Below the pieces are notes generated by a model. It saw only the letters and a list, made by a program, of their open reading frames with translations. It had not been told where the DNA came from and ran no database searches. Shown piece after piece: positions 21,045-31,170 of a DNA stretch of 64,000 nt. The position numbers and the translations under genes are program-made. This DNA is from an uncultured bacterium (GTDB taxonomy: Bacteria > Bacillota_I > Bacilli_A > RFN20 > CAG-826), in assembly GCA_949292105.1 (NCBI GenBank), contig CASEYK010000016.1, positions 9,256 through 73,255 of the forward strand, in the 5' to 3' direction. Position 1 is the stretch's first letter. Every line of letters starts with the position of its first letter.

Positions 21045-21761
21045 ATGGCTGAAGAAGTTAAAAAGAAAACGACAAGTACAGCGAAGAAAACCTCCGGTAC
21101 AACTGCTAAAAAAGCGAGCACAACAGCGAAAAAGACCGCTGCTGTAAAAGAAGAAGCGCCAAAAGCTGAAACAAAAAAAGTTGAAAAGAAAACAACCTCA
21201 GCACACAAAGTGAGCGCTTATATCCCTCGCGTTAGAGCTCATTATGAAAGCGAAGTAAGAAAAGCATTGTTAGAGAAATATCAATATTCATCTCCGATGC
21301 AAATTCCTGCTCTTGAGAAAATCGTCATCAATATCGGTGTTGGCGACGCTGTCTCGGATGCAAAAAGATTGGAAGATTCAGTCAATGAATTAGCCATCAT
21401 CACTGGTCAAAAACCAGTTGTGACACGCGCTAAAAAGTCTGTTGCTTCCTTCAAATTGCGTGAAGGCCAAGCTATTGGATGCAAAGTCACGCTTCGCGGA
21501 ACAAGAATGTATGAATTCTTTGATAAATTAGTCAGTATCGCGCTCCCACGCGTTCGTGACTTCCGCGGCGTAAGTAAAAACGCATTCGATGGTCGTGGTA
21601 ATTACACGCTTGGTATTAAAGAACAACTTATCTTCCCTGAAATTGATTACGATAAGGTTCATAAAGTGCGCGGTATGGATGTGGTCATCGTTACTACCGC
21701 TCAAACAGATGAAGAGGCATTCACATTACTACAACTTCTCGGAATGCCCTTCCACAGATAA
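21045..21761 (+). CDS. rplE: 50S ribosomal protein L5 with a ~57-aa N-terminal K/T/A-rich extension
   Basis: The conserved L5 core begins around ..[10 protein letters not shown]... The first 57 aa are low-complexity ([18 protein letters not shown]...). Strong SD before the ATG at 21045. Confidence 0.9.
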   Translation: MAEEVKKKTTSTAKKTSGTTAKKASTTAKKTAAVKEEAPKAETKKVEKKTTSAHKVSAYIPRVRAHYESEVRKALLEKYQYSSPMQIPALEKIVINIGVGDAVSDAKRLEDSVNELAIITGQKPVVTRAKKSVASFKLREGQAIGCKVTLRGTRMYEFFDKLVSIALPRVRDFRGVSKNAFDGRGNYTLGIKEQLIFPEIDYDKVHKVRGMDVVIVTTAQTDEEAFTLLQLLGMPFHR

Positions 21762-21781
21762 GAAAGGAGTCCTAAAACTAA

Positions 21782-21967
21782 ATGGCTAAAACAAGTGCAA
21801 AGGTCCGCTGCGCGAGACCAAAAAAGTACAAAGTTCAAGAATATACACGCTGTGAACGTTGCGGACGTCCTCACGCTGTCTATTCAAAATTTCATCTCTG
21901 CCGTATTTGCCTTCGCGAATTAGCGTACAAAGGCGAAATTCCCGGCATGAAAAAATCATCTTGGTAA
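21782..21967 (+). CDS. rpsZ: 30S ribosomal protein S14 type Z (zinc-ribbon, 61 aa)
   Basis: CERCGRP....CRIC; 61 aa. Confidence 0.9.
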   Translation: MAKTSAKVRCARPKKYKVQEYTRCERCGRPHAVYSKFHLCRICLRELAYKGEIPGMKKSSW

Positions 21968-21985
21968 TAAGGAGGAAAAACGATT

Positions 21986-22378
21986 ATGATGTCAGATCCA
22001 ATTGCTGATATGCTCACACGCATCCGCAATGCAAATGCTCTCAAATATGAAACAGTTTCTATTCCTTCATCTAAGATGAAAGTTGAAATCGCAAAAATCT
22101 TAAAAGAAGAAGGATTTATCAGTGAATATAAAGTGAAAGGCGATGTCAAAAAAGAATTGATTATCACCCTTCGCTATACAGCCGATGGCACAAGAGTTAT
22201 TTCTGGTTTAAAACGCATTTCTAAACCAGGCTTACGCGTTAATGTCGGTGCTGATAAACTTCCTCGAGTTCTCAAAGGTTTAGGTATTGCTATCATTTCT
22301 ACCTCACAAGGTGTTATGAGCGATGCAAAGGCCCGTAAACTCGGCGTTGGTGGCGAAGTGCTCGCCTATATTTGGTAG
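21986..22378 (+). CDS. rpsH: 30S ribosomal protein S8
   Basis: [16 protein letters not shown]. Confidence 0.95.
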   Translation: MMSDPIADMLTRIRNANALKYETVSIPSSKMKVEIAKILKEEGFISEYKVKGDVKKELIITLRYTADGTRVISGLKRISKPGLRVNVGADKLPRVLKGLGIAIISTSQGVMSDAKARKLGVGGEVLAYIW

Positions 22379-22389
22379 GAGGTTAAAAT

Positions 22390-22941
22390 ATGTCTCGTAT
22401 TGGTAATAAACATATTATTCTTCCTGAAAATGTTACATTGACTGTCGAAGGTTCTAAAGCAATTGTCAAAGGTCCAAAAGGTACCCTTGAAGTAGCAATC
22501 AATTCCGGCATCGATGTTCACATTGATGATCGAACAGTGACCTTTACTCGTCGCAACGAACTCAAACAAACCAAACAAAATCATGGCACAACCCGTGCCA
22601 ATGTTCACAACGCCGTTGTCGGTGTCAGCGAAGGATACAAAAAAGAATTAGAAATGAAAGGTATTGGTTATAAAGCCCAAATGCAAGGCGAAAATGTCGT
22701 CTTATGGGCTGGATATAGCCATACTGTGACCATCACTCCGAATGAAGGAGTAAAAATTTCTTGCCCAAGCGCTACAGAAATCGTAGTAGAAGGTATTTCC
22801 AAGCAAGCTGTTGGTCAAACAGCGGCTCGCATTCGCGAAGTACGCCCACCTGAACCATATCTTGGTAAAGGTATTCGCTACAAAACAGAAGTTGTTCACA
22901 CCAAAGAAGGTAAACGTGCTTCTGCTGGCGGTAAGAAATAG
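22390..22941 (+). CDS. rplF: 50S ribosomal protein L6
   Basis: MSRIGNKHIILPENV. Confidence 0.95.
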   Translation: MSRIGNKHIILPENVTLTVEGSKAIVKGPKGTLEVAINSGIDVHIDDRTVTFTRRNELKQTKQNHGTTRANVHNAVVGVSEGYKKELEMKGIGYKAQMQGENVVLWAGYSHTVTITPNEGVKISCPSATEIVVEGISKQAVGQTAARIREVRPPEPYLGKGIRYKTEVVHTKEGKRASAGGKK

Positions 22942-22958
22942 AAAGGCGGAGTTAATCT

Positions 22959-23315
22959 ATGATTAAGAAAGAATCAAAAAATATTTCTCGTTTGAGACGA
23001 CATGCTCGTATTAGAGAAAAAATCAGTGGTACTGCAAGTTGCCCAAGACTCTGCCTCTACCGTTCAAATAAAAACATTGAAGCTCAATTAATCGACGATG
23101 TGAAAGGCGTCACTCTCGTCGCTTCATCTTCAATGAGTTTAAAACTCGAAAATGGCAGCAACATTGAAGCTGCTGCTAAAGTTGGCGAAGATATTGCTAA
23201 AAAAGCCTTGGCAAAAGGTATTAAAGCTGTTGTCTTCGATCGTTCTGGCTATCTCTATCACGGCCGCGTTAAAGCTTTGGCTGAAGCTGCTCGTGAAGCT
23301 GGCTTAAAATTCTAA
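22959..23315 (+). CDS. rplR: 50S ribosomal protein L18
   Basis: ..[40 protein letters not shown]. Confidence 0.95.
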   Translation: MIKKESKNISRLRRHARIREKISGTASCPRLCLYRSNKNIEAQLIDDVKGVTLVASSSMSLKLENGSNIEAAAKVGEDIAKKALAKGIKAVVFDRSGYLYHGRVKALAEAAREAGLKF

Positions 23316-23328
23316 GGAGGATGAAATA

Positions 23329-23958
23329 ATGGAAGAAGAAAAAAAGGAACTCGCCACACCAAACGCTGTGGAAGAAACCAAACCATCAACTGAATCCGCT
23401 CCAAATGGTGAAGCGGGTCAAAGACGTCATCCTCGTGGTGATCGCAAAGGACCACGACGCGACAAGCGTGAACGTGCTCCTCGCGAAGAAGTCAAAGAAT
23501 TTGAAGAAAGAGTCGTCTATATCAATCGCGTCTCAAAAACCGTCAAAGGTGGTCGACGCATGAAATTTACCGCCCTCGTCGTTATCGGCGACCGCAAAGG
23601 TCGATATGGTTTTGCTCTTTCCAAAGCTGCTGAAGTCCCTGACGCCATTAAAAAGGCCACTGAAGCTGCTAAAAAGAATCTTCATACTATCAAATTGAGC
23701 AAAGGTGCAACCCTTTCCCATGAAGTCATCGGTAAATATGGTGCATGTAATGTTTATCTCAAACCTGCTCCAGAAGGTACTGGTGTGGTCGCAGGAGGAC
23801 CTGTCCGTGCAATCCTTGAACTCGCTGGCGTGCAAAATGTCTGTTCTAAAGTTTATGGATCACGTGCTCCAATCAACGTTATTCGTGCGACCAATGAGGG
23901 CTTGTCACGTCTAAAGAGTTATAAGGATGTTAAAGCTCTTCGTAGTCAAGAACAATAA
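23329..23958 (+). CDS. rpsE: 30S ribosomal protein S5 with a ~45-aa N-terminal charged extension
   Basis: S5 core ([19 protein letters not shown]..), preceded by [54 protein letters not shown]. Confidence 0.9.
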   Translation: MEEEKKELATPNAVEETKPSTESAPNGEAGQRRHPRGDRKGPRRDKRERAPREEVKEFEERVVYINRVSKTVKGGRRMKFTALVVIGDRKGRYGFALSKAAEVPDAIKKATEAAKKNLHTIKLSKGATLSHEVIGKYGACNVYLKPAPEGTGVVAGGPVRAILELAGVQNVCSKVYGSRAPINVIRATNEGLSRLKSYKDVKALRSQEQ

Positions 23959-24005
23959 CATTGATTACAATAAATAATATGTTTAAGTAGGGAGGTGCAC
24001 ACGAA

Positions 24006-24446
24006 ATGAAATTGCATGAACTTCAAGCGAGCGAAGGCGCGCGCCGCGATAATTTCCGCAAAGGGCGTGGAATCGGATCTGGAAACGGCAAAACAGCCGG
24101 TAAAGGTCACAAAGGTCAAAATGCCCGTAGTGGCGGCGGCGTTCCATTAGGATTTGAAGGTGGCCAAATGCCATACTTTAGAAGAATTCCAAAACGTGGA
24201 TTTAAAAATGCCAATCGCGTCGTCTATGCAACCGTTAATGTGTCTTCGTTAAATCGTTTTGACGATGGCACACTCATCACCCCAGCATTATTAAAAGAAA
24301 CTGGTTTATTAACCAAGGAATATGATGGATTAAAAATTTTAGGAAACGGAACTTTAGAGAAAAAGTTAACTGTTCAAGCTAATAAATTCTCTAAGTCTGC
24401 TGAAAAAGCCATCGTCGATGCTGGCGGAACAGTTGAGGTCATTTAA
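24006..24446 (+). CDS. rplO: 50S ribosomal protein L15
   Basis: [38 protein letters not shown]. Confidence 0.95.
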   Translation: MKLHELQASEGARRDNFRKGRGIGSGNGKTAGKGHKGQNARSGGGVPLGFEGGQMPYFRRIPKRGFKNANRVVYATVNVSSLNRFDDGTLITPALLKETGLLTKEYDGLKILGNGTLEKKLTVQANKFSKSAEKAIVDAGGTVEVI

Positions 24447-24448
24447 GT

Positions 24449-25813
24449 ATGAAGAAACTAGGCGCTATCTTAAAAAATAAAGAAATCATGGATCGTTTAC
24501 TTTTTACGATCATGATTCTTCTCGTCTTCCGTATCGGCGCACAAATTACTGTGCCTGGTGTGACACTAAGTAGCGATCTAAAAGAATATTTGAACTCAAA
24601 CAATGCTTTGAGTTTGATGAACTTACTAGGTGGTGGAACGCTTCAAACATTCTCCATCTTCGCTCTTGGGGTTTCTCCATATATTACTTCACAAATTATT
24701 ATTCAACTTCTTTCAACTGATGTCTTGCCTGCTCTATCAGAGTTAAAACGACAAGGGCAGTATGGTCGAAAGAAAATTGAATTAGCCACTCGTTATCTAA
24801 CATTGATGATTGGTGCTGTACAAGCGTATGGCGTTATTCAAACAATGCAAAATAGTTCGTATATCACCTTTGAAACAGGTTCGTATGAGTGGTTGACATA
24901 TACTTATGTCGTCGTCGTTATGCTCGCTGGATCACTTCTTGTTATGTGGTTAGGCGACCAAATCTCATCAAAAGGTATTGGAAATGGTATCTCCATGATT
25001 ATCTTCGCCGGTATTGTCTCATCCTTGCCGACACAGATTTATCAAGCTTACGCCACTTGGGTTGGAACAGCTCAAGGTACTGGCAATGAGCTCGCTGGAA
25101 TCTTCCAATTTGTCCTTTATATCTTGTGTTATTTGGCCATTATTTCTTTTGTTACTTTCATCGAAATGTCCAAAAGAAAAATTCCTGTTCAACACTCAGG
25201 CAAAAGTGGTGGTCAAACTCAAAGTATGGCGAGAGCATCGTTCTTGCCTATTAAGATTAACTCCGCTGGTGTCATTCCTGTCATCTTTGCCAGTTCAATC
25301 TTAATGGTGCCAAGCGTGATTGTCGCCTTTGTTGATCCGTCAGCATCAGACGCTTCTTGGCTCGGTATCTTTAATACCTCAACGCTCTTTGAAATGCCAG
25401 GCGTCAACGGAACGAGTTGGTATATGCCTTGGGGACTGATTATCTATATCGTTCTCACTGTCTTATTTACCTTCTTCTATTCTAATTTACAAATCAACCC
25501 GCAACAGCTGGCTGAAAACTTCCAAAAGAATGGAAGTTATATTCCTGGTATCAAACCAGGTAACGAAACTGAAAGGTATGTGCGCAAAGTGCTCAATCGC
25601 GTTACCGTTATTGGCGCTGCTGCCCTCGCCTTTATTGCCGCTTTGCCAGCTATTCTCACCATGTCAGGCATTTTTGGTTCGAACCAATCGCTTGCTCTTG
25701 GCGGAACTGGTATGATTATCGTTGTCGGTGTTGCATTAGAACTCAATAGCCAAATCGATGGTTTGCTCGCTGGTAAATCATTTGATGAAGTTGTTGCTGG
25801 TGGAGGTCGCTAA
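24449..25813 (+). CDS. secY: Preprotein translocase SecY
   Basis: 10-TM protein in the position after rplO. Confidence 0.95.
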   Translation: MKKLGAILKNKEIMDRLLFTIMILLVFRIGAQITVPGVTLSSDLKEYLNSNNALSLMNLLGGGTLQTFSIFALGVSPYITSQIIIQLLSTDVLPALSELKRQGQYGRKKIELATRYLTLMIGAVQAYGVIQTMQNSSYITFETGSYEWLTYTYVVVVMLAGSLLVMWLGDQISSKGIGNGISMIIFAGIVSSLPTQIYQAYATWVGTAQGTGNELAGIFQFVLYILCYLAIISFVTFIEMSKRKIPVQHSGKSGGQTQSMARASFLPIKINSAGVIPVIFASSILMVPSVIVAFVDPSASDASWLGIFNTSTLFEMPGVNGTSWYMPWGLIIYIVLTVLFTFFYSNLQINPQQLAENFQKNGSYIPGIKPGNETERYVRKVLNRVTVIGAAALAFIAALPAILTMSGIFGSNQSLALGGTGMIIVVGVALELNSQIDGLLAGKSFDEVVAGGGR

Positions 25814-25815
25814 TT

Positions 25816-26466
25816 ATGAAGAAAAACATTATTTTAATGGGCCCACCTGGAGCAGGTAAGGGCACAGCTGCTAAACAGCTTCAGACCGCCTTCAATCTCG
25901 TCCATATTTCGACTGGAGATATGTTTCGAGAAGCAATGAAGGAAGGAACTGAGCTTGGCAAATTAGCTAAAACATTCATTGAAAAAGGCGACCTTGTCCC
26001 CGATGATGTCACAATTGGTATTGTTCGTGAGAGATTGAGCAAACCCGATTGTGCTAATGGCTATTTGCTCGATGGTTTTCCTCGCACTTTAGTTCAAGCT
26101 GAAGCGCTAGAGAAATTATCGAAAGAAATTGGTCGTCCAATTGATACAGTCATCAATTTGGATTGCAATCAAGAAGAACTTATTAGGCGCATTTCTGGAC
26201 GTCGCGTCTGCAAAGTGTGTGGCACTCCATATCATGTCGTTACGATGAAACCAAAAGTCGAAGGCGTTTGTGATCATTGCGGTGGCCCTCTCTACCAAAG
26301 ACCAGACGATAACGAAGAGGCATTAAAAGTTCGTTTACATCACTATGTCGAAAGCACAAAACCGCTTCTCGATTATTATGAGAAATTAGGCTTGTTGAAA
26401 AATTTCAACTCGCTCGTTGGTGCTACGACATTATTCGATGAAATTTCGCAGTATTTAAAAGCGTAA
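25816..26466 (+). CDS. adk: Adenylate kinase (zinc-lid type)
   Basis: GPPGAGKGT P-loop, with a CKVCG....CDHCG zinc lid. Confidence 0.95.
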   Translation: MKKNIILMGPPGAGKGTAAKQLQTAFNLVHISTGDMFREAMKEGTELGKLAKTFIEKGDLVPDDVTIGIVRERLSKPDCANGYLLDGFPRTLVQAEALEKLSKEIGRPIDTVINLDCNQEELIRRISGRRVCKVCGTPYHVVTMKPKVEGVCDHCGGPLYQRPDDNEEALKVRLHHYVESTKPLLDYYEKLGLLKNFNSLVGATTLFDEISQYLKA

Positions 26467-26469
26467 GAT

Positions 26470-27231
26470 ATGATTATTATCAAATCGAAACGTGAAATTG
26501 ATCTGATGCGTGTGGCGGGACAAGTGGTCGCTCTAGTTTTTAAAGAATTAGAACCGCTTTGCCGCCCAGGCGTCAGCACTGAATATTTATCCGAAAAAGC
26601 GGAAGAAATAATTAGAGCTCATGATTGTCTTCCAACATTTAAAGGATATTATGGATTCCCTGGCGCGGTGTGTATCTCGCTTAATGATACGCTCGTCCAT
26701 GGTATTCCTAGCAAACACATCATCTTGAAAGAAGGCGACATAGTCTCCATCGATGTGGGGGCGACCTATAAAGGATATGTCGCTGATGCTTGCCGAACAT
26801 TTGGAGTTGGTGAAATTAAAGATAATGCTCGCCGCTTGGTCGAAGTGACTAAGCAGAGCTTCTTCGAAGGCGTCAAACTTGTCAAACCAGGCGTGCATCT
26901 TGGTGATGTGAGTCACGCTATTCAAGCATACTGCGAAGCACATGGATATTCCTTGCCACGCGATTATACTGGGCATGGAGTGGGTGCTCATCTACATGAG
27001 GATCCAAGTATTCCAAACTATGGCAAAGCTGGAACTGGGCCAATATTACAAGAAGGCATGGGGCTAGCTATCGAGCCGATGGTTGCAGAGGGTCGACATC
27101 AAACGCGCGTCCTTCCCGATGAATGGACGGTAAAAATGAGAGATGGAAAACTTTCTGCTCATTATGAAAATACAATCGTCGTCACAAGCGACGGATATGA
27201 AATCTTAACCATGTATGAGGGGGAAGAATAG
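26470..27231 (+). CDS. map: Methionine aminopeptidase type I
   Basis: Metal ligands in ..[14 protein letters not shown].. and ..HGVGAHLHE.. Confidence 0.9.
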   Translation: MIIIKSKREIDLMRVAGQVVALVFKELEPLCRPGVSTEYLSEKAEEIIRAHDCLPTFKGYYGFPGAVCISLNDTLVHGIPSKHIILKEGDIVSIDVGATYKGYVADACRTFGVGEIKDNARRLVEVTKQSFFEGVKLVKPGVHLGDVSHAIQAYCEAHGYSLPRDYTGHGVGAHLHEDPSIPNYGKAGTGPILQEGMGLAIEPMVAEGRHQTRVLPDEWTVKMRDGKLSAHYENTIVVTSDGYEILTMYEGEE

Positions 27232-27233
27232 AC

Positions 27234-27452
27234 ATGTCAAAACAAGATGTCATCGAAGTTCAGGCGGTCGTTGTCGAGAATTTGCCCAACGCGATGTTCA
27301 AGGTAAAACTCGAAAACGGCGTCGTAATTCTGGCCACCGTTTCTGGAAAAATCCGAATGAACTACATTCGCATCCTTCCAGGTGATAGAGTTACGGTTGA
27401 AGTCTCGCCTTATGATTTAACACGGGGCCGCATAACTTTCCGTTTCAAATAG
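27234..27452 (+). CDS. infA: Translation initiation factor IF-1
   Basis: 72 aa; S1-like OB domain, ..[11 protein letters not shown].. motif. Confidence 0.95.
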   Translation: MSKQDVIEVQAVVVENLPNAMFKVKLENGVVILATVSGKIRMNYIRILPGDRVTVEVSPYDLTRGRITFRFK

Positions 27453-27483
27453 AAACAGGAATTATTAGGAGGAAAAAAACTTT

Positions 27484-27597
27484 ATGAAAGTCAGACCTTC
27501 AGTCAAACCTATTTGCTCTAAGTGCAAGGTTATTCGCCGCCATGGCAAAGTCATGGTCATCTGCAGCGATCCAAAGCACAAGCAAAGACAAGGTTAA
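27484..27597 (+). CDS. rpmJ: 50S ribosomal protein L36 (37 aa; not in the ORF track)
   Basis: Translation is [43 protein letters not shown] lies upstream. Confidence 0.9.
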   Translation: MKVRPSVKPICSKCKVIRRHGKVMVICSDPKHKQRQG

Positions 27598-27616
27598 TTA
27601 AGGAGGAAAATCGAAT

Positions 27617-27994
27617 ATGGCACGTATTGTTGGTGTTGATATTCCAAACGATAAGCCAGTTGGCATTTCCATTACTTATATTTATGGTATCGGACGCCCA
27701 ACTGCTCTTAAAATTTGCGAAGCCGCAAAAGTTGATGCTGGGCTTCGCGTCAAAGATTTAAGCGATGATCAATTCAACGCTATCCGTAGCGAAATCGCCA
27801 AATACAAAACCGAAGGTGATTTAAGAAGAGAAGTCGCCTTAAACATCAAGCGTCTTAGCGAAATCGGTTGCTACCGAGGCCTAAGACACCGCAAAGGTCT
27901 TCCTGTGCGTGGACAAAGAACCAAAACCAACGCCCGCACTCGCAAGGGACCAAAAAAGACTATTGCCAATAAGAAAGCGGCACCTAAAGGTTAA
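27617..27994 (+). CDS. rpsM: 30S ribosomal protein S13
   Basis: [13 protein letters not shown]. Confidence 0.95.
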   Translation: MARIVGVDIPNDKPVGISITYIYGIGRPTALKICEAAKVDAGLRVKDLSDDQFNAIRSEIAKYKTEGDLRREVALNIKRLSEIGCYRGLRHRKGLPVRGQRTKTNARTRKGPKKTIANKKAAPKG

Positions 27995-28012
27995 TGAAAG
28001 GAGAATAAATGT

Positions 28013-28402
28013 ATGGCAACTAAAACAACAACTCGTAAGAAAAAAGTCAAACGCTCCTATACCAGAGGTGTGGCTCACATCCACTCAACATTTAATAACA
28101 CCATTGTCACCATCACTGATGAACAAGGCAATGTTATCGCTTGGAGCAGCGCTGGTGCGCTAGGCTTCAAAGGCGCGAAAAAATCGACTCCTTTTGCCGC
28201 TCAACAAGCTGCAGAAGCAGCTGGTAAAAATGCTTACGATCAGGGCATTCGTACCGTCGATGTCGATGTCAAAGGTCCAGGACCAGGTCGCGAAGGCGCT
28301 ATCCGTTCATTAAGCGTTAGTGGTCTTCAAGTGTTATCAATCACTGATAGCACCCCAATTCCTCATAACGGCTGTCGTCCACCAAAACGCCCACGTGGTT
28401 AA
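28013..28402 (+). CDS. rpsK: 30S ribosomal protein S11
   Basis: ..[18 protein letters not shown].. Confidence 0.95.
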   Translation: MATKTTTRKKKVKRSYTRGVAHIHSTFNNTIVTITDEQGNVIAWSSAGALGFKGAKKSTPFAAQQAAEAAGKNAYDQGIRTVDVDVKGPGPGREGAIRSLSVSGLQVLSITDSTPIPHNGCRPPKRPRG

Positions 28403-28419
28403 TTTAAGGAGGAAAAACG

Positions 28420-29397
28420 ATGAAAATTGCAAATCCATTTGAACAATTCAACATCACAAGTGCCGATTATGATGGCAATGAAAACTATGGTCGATTTGTA
28501 ATCGAACCATTAGAGAGAGGATTTGGTTTAACCGTTGGTAATGCCCTTCGCCGCGTTCTTCTTTCCGCCCTCCCAGGCGCAAGCATGTACGCCATCGAAA
28601 TCGAAGGCGCACGCCACGAGTTCAGCGCCCTTCCCGGCATTGAAGAAGATATTACACAAATCATTCTCAATCTCAAAGATTTAGTTCTTAAAATCGATGG
28701 TGTTGATGAAGAAAAACTTGAGAACAAAAGATTAACAATTCATGTCCATGGACCAAAAGTGGTGACAGCCGCCGATATCGAATGTCCATTCGGTGTTGAG
28801 GTTATTAATAAAGATCTCGTCATCGCTCACATTACTGAAACCGGTGAATTAAACGCCACTTTACATGTCCGCAATGGCCGTGGATACATCACTGGCGAAC
28901 AAAATAAAGTGCTTCGTCCTAACTTGCCTCTCGGTGTAATTTCGACCGATAGCAATTACTCGCCAGTACGCAAAGCCAATTATACCGTTGAAGCAACTCG
29001 TGTCGGTCACGATTCACGCTTTGACAAATTAACGCTTGAGGTTTGGACTAATGGTTCATTACTTCCTCAAGATGCAGTCGCGATGGCGGCCAAAATCCTC
29101 ATCGATCACTTCTCTAAATTTGTTAATTTGAGCGAAATTACTCGCGATATCAACATTGAAAAAGATGATGTGGTGGAAGAAGAAAACAAATATGAAAATA
29201 TTCAGATTGAAGAACTCGACTTATCAGTTAGAAGTTATAACTGTTTAAAAAGAGCTGCAATTAACACTGTCATGGAATTAACTGAAAAAACTGAAGAAGA
29301 CATGATGAAGTATAAAAATCTCGGTAAAAAATCCTTAAAGGAAATCAAAGAGAAATTAGCGGAAATCGGTCTTTCGTTCAAGGAATACGATGAATAA
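28420..29397 (+). CDS. rpoA: DNA-directed RNA polymerase alpha subunit
   Basis: N-terminal dimerisation domain and a C-terminal ..ELDLSVRSYNCLKRA.. alpha-CTD. Confidence 0.95.
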   Translation: MKIANPFEQFNITSADYDGNENYGRFVIEPLERGFGLTVGNALRRVLLSALPGASMYAIEIEGARHEFSALPGIEEDITQIILNLKDLVLKIDGVDEEKLENKRLTIHVHGPKVVTAADIECPFGVEVINKDLVIAHITETGELNATLHVRNGRGYITGEQNKVLRPNLPLGVISTDSNYSPVRKANYTVEATRVGHDSRFDKLTLEVWTNGSLLPQDAVAMAAKILIDHFSKFVNLSEITRDINIEKDDVVEEENKYENIQIEELDLSVRSYNCLKRAAINTVMELTEKTEEDMMKYKNLGKKSLKEIKEKLAEIGLSFKEYDE

Positions 29398-29410
29398 GGA
29401 GGAATAAAAC

Positions 29411-29818
29411 ATGCCAGCACAAGGAAGAAAAAATGTTCATGGTAAAACCGGCGTTCGTTTTAAAGCCGCTTATACCAAAAGCAAATATGAAAATATGCTT
29501 CGCAACGTTGTTAGTGATCTCATTATTCACGGTTCTATCAAAGTGACAGAAGCGGTCGCTACTGATGTTGTCAAAGAAGCTGATCGTTTAGTGACATTGA
29601 CCAAGAAAGAAGATGTTGTTAACGCTAAACGCCAAGCCGCCGCCTTTGTTCGACGCGTTTATCGTGACGAAGAAAAGAAAGTCTCGGCTCTCGATGTTTT
29701 ATTCAATGAAATCGGGCCAAAGATGAAAGGTCGTTCAGGTGGCTATACGAGAACTCTTCGCCTCGGCAATCGCCGCGGTGACGATGCTCCAATCGTCCTG
29801 CTCACCTGGGTTGAATAA
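29411..29818 (+). CDS. rplQ: 50S ribosomal protein L17
   Basis: ..GGYTRTLRLGNRRGD.. Confidence 0.95.
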   Translation: MPAQGRKNVHGKTGVRFKAAYTKSKYENMLRNVVSDLIIHGSIKVTEAVATDVVKEADRLVTLTKKEDVVNAKRQAAAFVRRVYRDEEKKVSALDVLFNEIGPKMKGRSGGYTRTLRLGNRRGDDAPIVLLTWVE

Positions 29819-29842
29819 TCCAAAAGTTAATTAAAAGTAAAG

Positions 29843-29879
29843 GTCGCTTGTTAAAAAAATAACAGGCGACTTTTTTCTT
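29843..29879 (+). terminator. Rho-independent terminator closing the alpha operon
   Basis: GUCGCUUGUU / AACAGGCGAC stem (10 bp with one G-U pair) followed by TTTTTTCTT. Confidence 0.7.
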
Positions 29880-29942
29880 ACTATCAAAATAGTAAAAAAA
29901 TGATATACTTAAAGCGAACATAAATTACCGCGGAGGTTAATC

Positions 29943-31169
29943 ATGAAAAAAGATTATTTGCAAGAGTATAAGGACGGATATACTTCTTTTTTAGTCAAAG
30001 AAGAAGCTAGTCGCTGTCTTTTATGCTTGGATGCTCCTTGTTCAAAGGCGTGTCCAGCTGGCACTGATCCTGCAAAATTTATTCGTTCTGTTCGCTTCTT
30101 AAATGTCAAAGGAGCAGCGGAAACAGTCCGCACGAATAATATTTTAGGCTCGATTTGTGCTCGCGTTTGTCCGACTGAAAGATATTGTCAACTCGGATGC
30201 TCAAGAAGTGGAATTGATAAACCGATCGATATCGGTCGCATTCAAAGGTATATCACCGATTTTGAATCAGCCACCAAAATGAAAATTTTAGAGAAAAAAC
30301 CGGATAACGGCAAGAAAGTGGCTGTTATTGGCAGTGGTCCTGGTGGTCTTTCCATCGCCGGTCTATTAGCGATGGACGGATATCGCGTTAAGGTTTATGA
30401 AAAAGATGAAAAGGTCGGTGGCTATTTGCGATATGGTATTCCTGAATATCGCCTTCCAACTCGAGTTATCGATGAAGAAGTGAAGCGTATCGAAGATTTA
30501 GGTGTTGAATTTATTACTAAATGCCATGTTGGTAAAGATGTTGCTTTATCGACCATTCAGTTAGAGAATGATGCTGTTGTGCTCGCTGTCGGCATGAGCA
30601 AAGGCAAAATGCTCAAAATGTTTGAAAACAATCCACATGTTGTTACTGCTGTCGATTTGTTGAAACAAATTAAAGATCGACGTGGCGATGTCAAACTTCC
30701 AAAACATGTTTTGGTCATCGGTGGTGGAGATGTCGCTATGGATGTTACAACTTCGCTCAAACTCTTGGGCGTTGAAAATGTCAGCGATGTTGTCTATGAA
30801 GAACTCAAAGAATTCAAAGCGAGTCGCGAAGAGAAAGAAACTGCGCAAAAAAACAATGTTTCAATCATTGATGGCTATGTTCCTGTTTCTGTCGAGAACA
30901 ATATCGTGACATTTAAACATCGAGTAATTAATTCGACTATTCAAATTCAAGCTGATTTAATTGTTTTAGCTGTCGGCCAAGAAGTTGAGAGCGAAGGCTT
31001 AAATGTTGAATTTGAAAAAGGTGAAGTTAAAGAAAAATCATATCGCATCAATGGGTCGAATCTCTTTTATGTTGGAGATATTTCTCACAATGAGAAGACA
31101 GTTGTTTATGCGGTGAGAAGCGCTAAAGAAGTGGCTTACGCTGTCAAAACATATTTAGGAGGCAAATAA
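29943..31169 (+). CDS. preT: NAD-dependent dihydropyrimidine dehydrogenase subunit PreT (FAD/NAD-binding, GltD-like)
   Basis: Collinear with, and highly similar to, E. coli PreT across its length ([34 protein letters not shown]...NN.LG..CARVCP.E..C...C.R.G.D.PIDIGR.QR..TDFE...). [11 protein letters not shown] dinucleotide fold. Confidence 0.8.
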   Translation: MKKDYLQEYKDGYTSFLVKEEASRCLLCLDAPCSKACPAGTDPAKFIRSVRFLNVKGAAETVRTNNILGSICARVCPTERYCQLGCSRSGIDKPIDIGRIQRYITDFESATKMKILEKKPDNGKKVAVIGSGPGGLSIAGLLAMDGYRVKVYEKDEKVGGYLRYGIPEYRLPTRVIDEEVKRIEDLGVEFITKCHVGKDVALSTIQLENDAVVLAVGMSKGKMLKMFENNPHVVTAVDLLKQIKDRRGDVKLPKHVLVIGGGDVAMDVTTSLKLLGVENVSDVVYEELKEFKASREEKETAQKNNVSIIDGYVPVSVENNIVTFKHRVINSTIQIQADLIVLAVGQEVESEGLNVEFEKGEVKEKSYRINGSNLFYVGDISHNEKTVVYAVRSAKEVAYAVKTYLGGK

Positions 31170-31170
31170 G

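Noticed and set aside
23959-24005. Looked for rpmD (L30) between rpsE and rplO
   Set aside because: The gap is 47 nt and has no ORF. L30 is genuinely absent from this operon (reported as a finding, not a feature).
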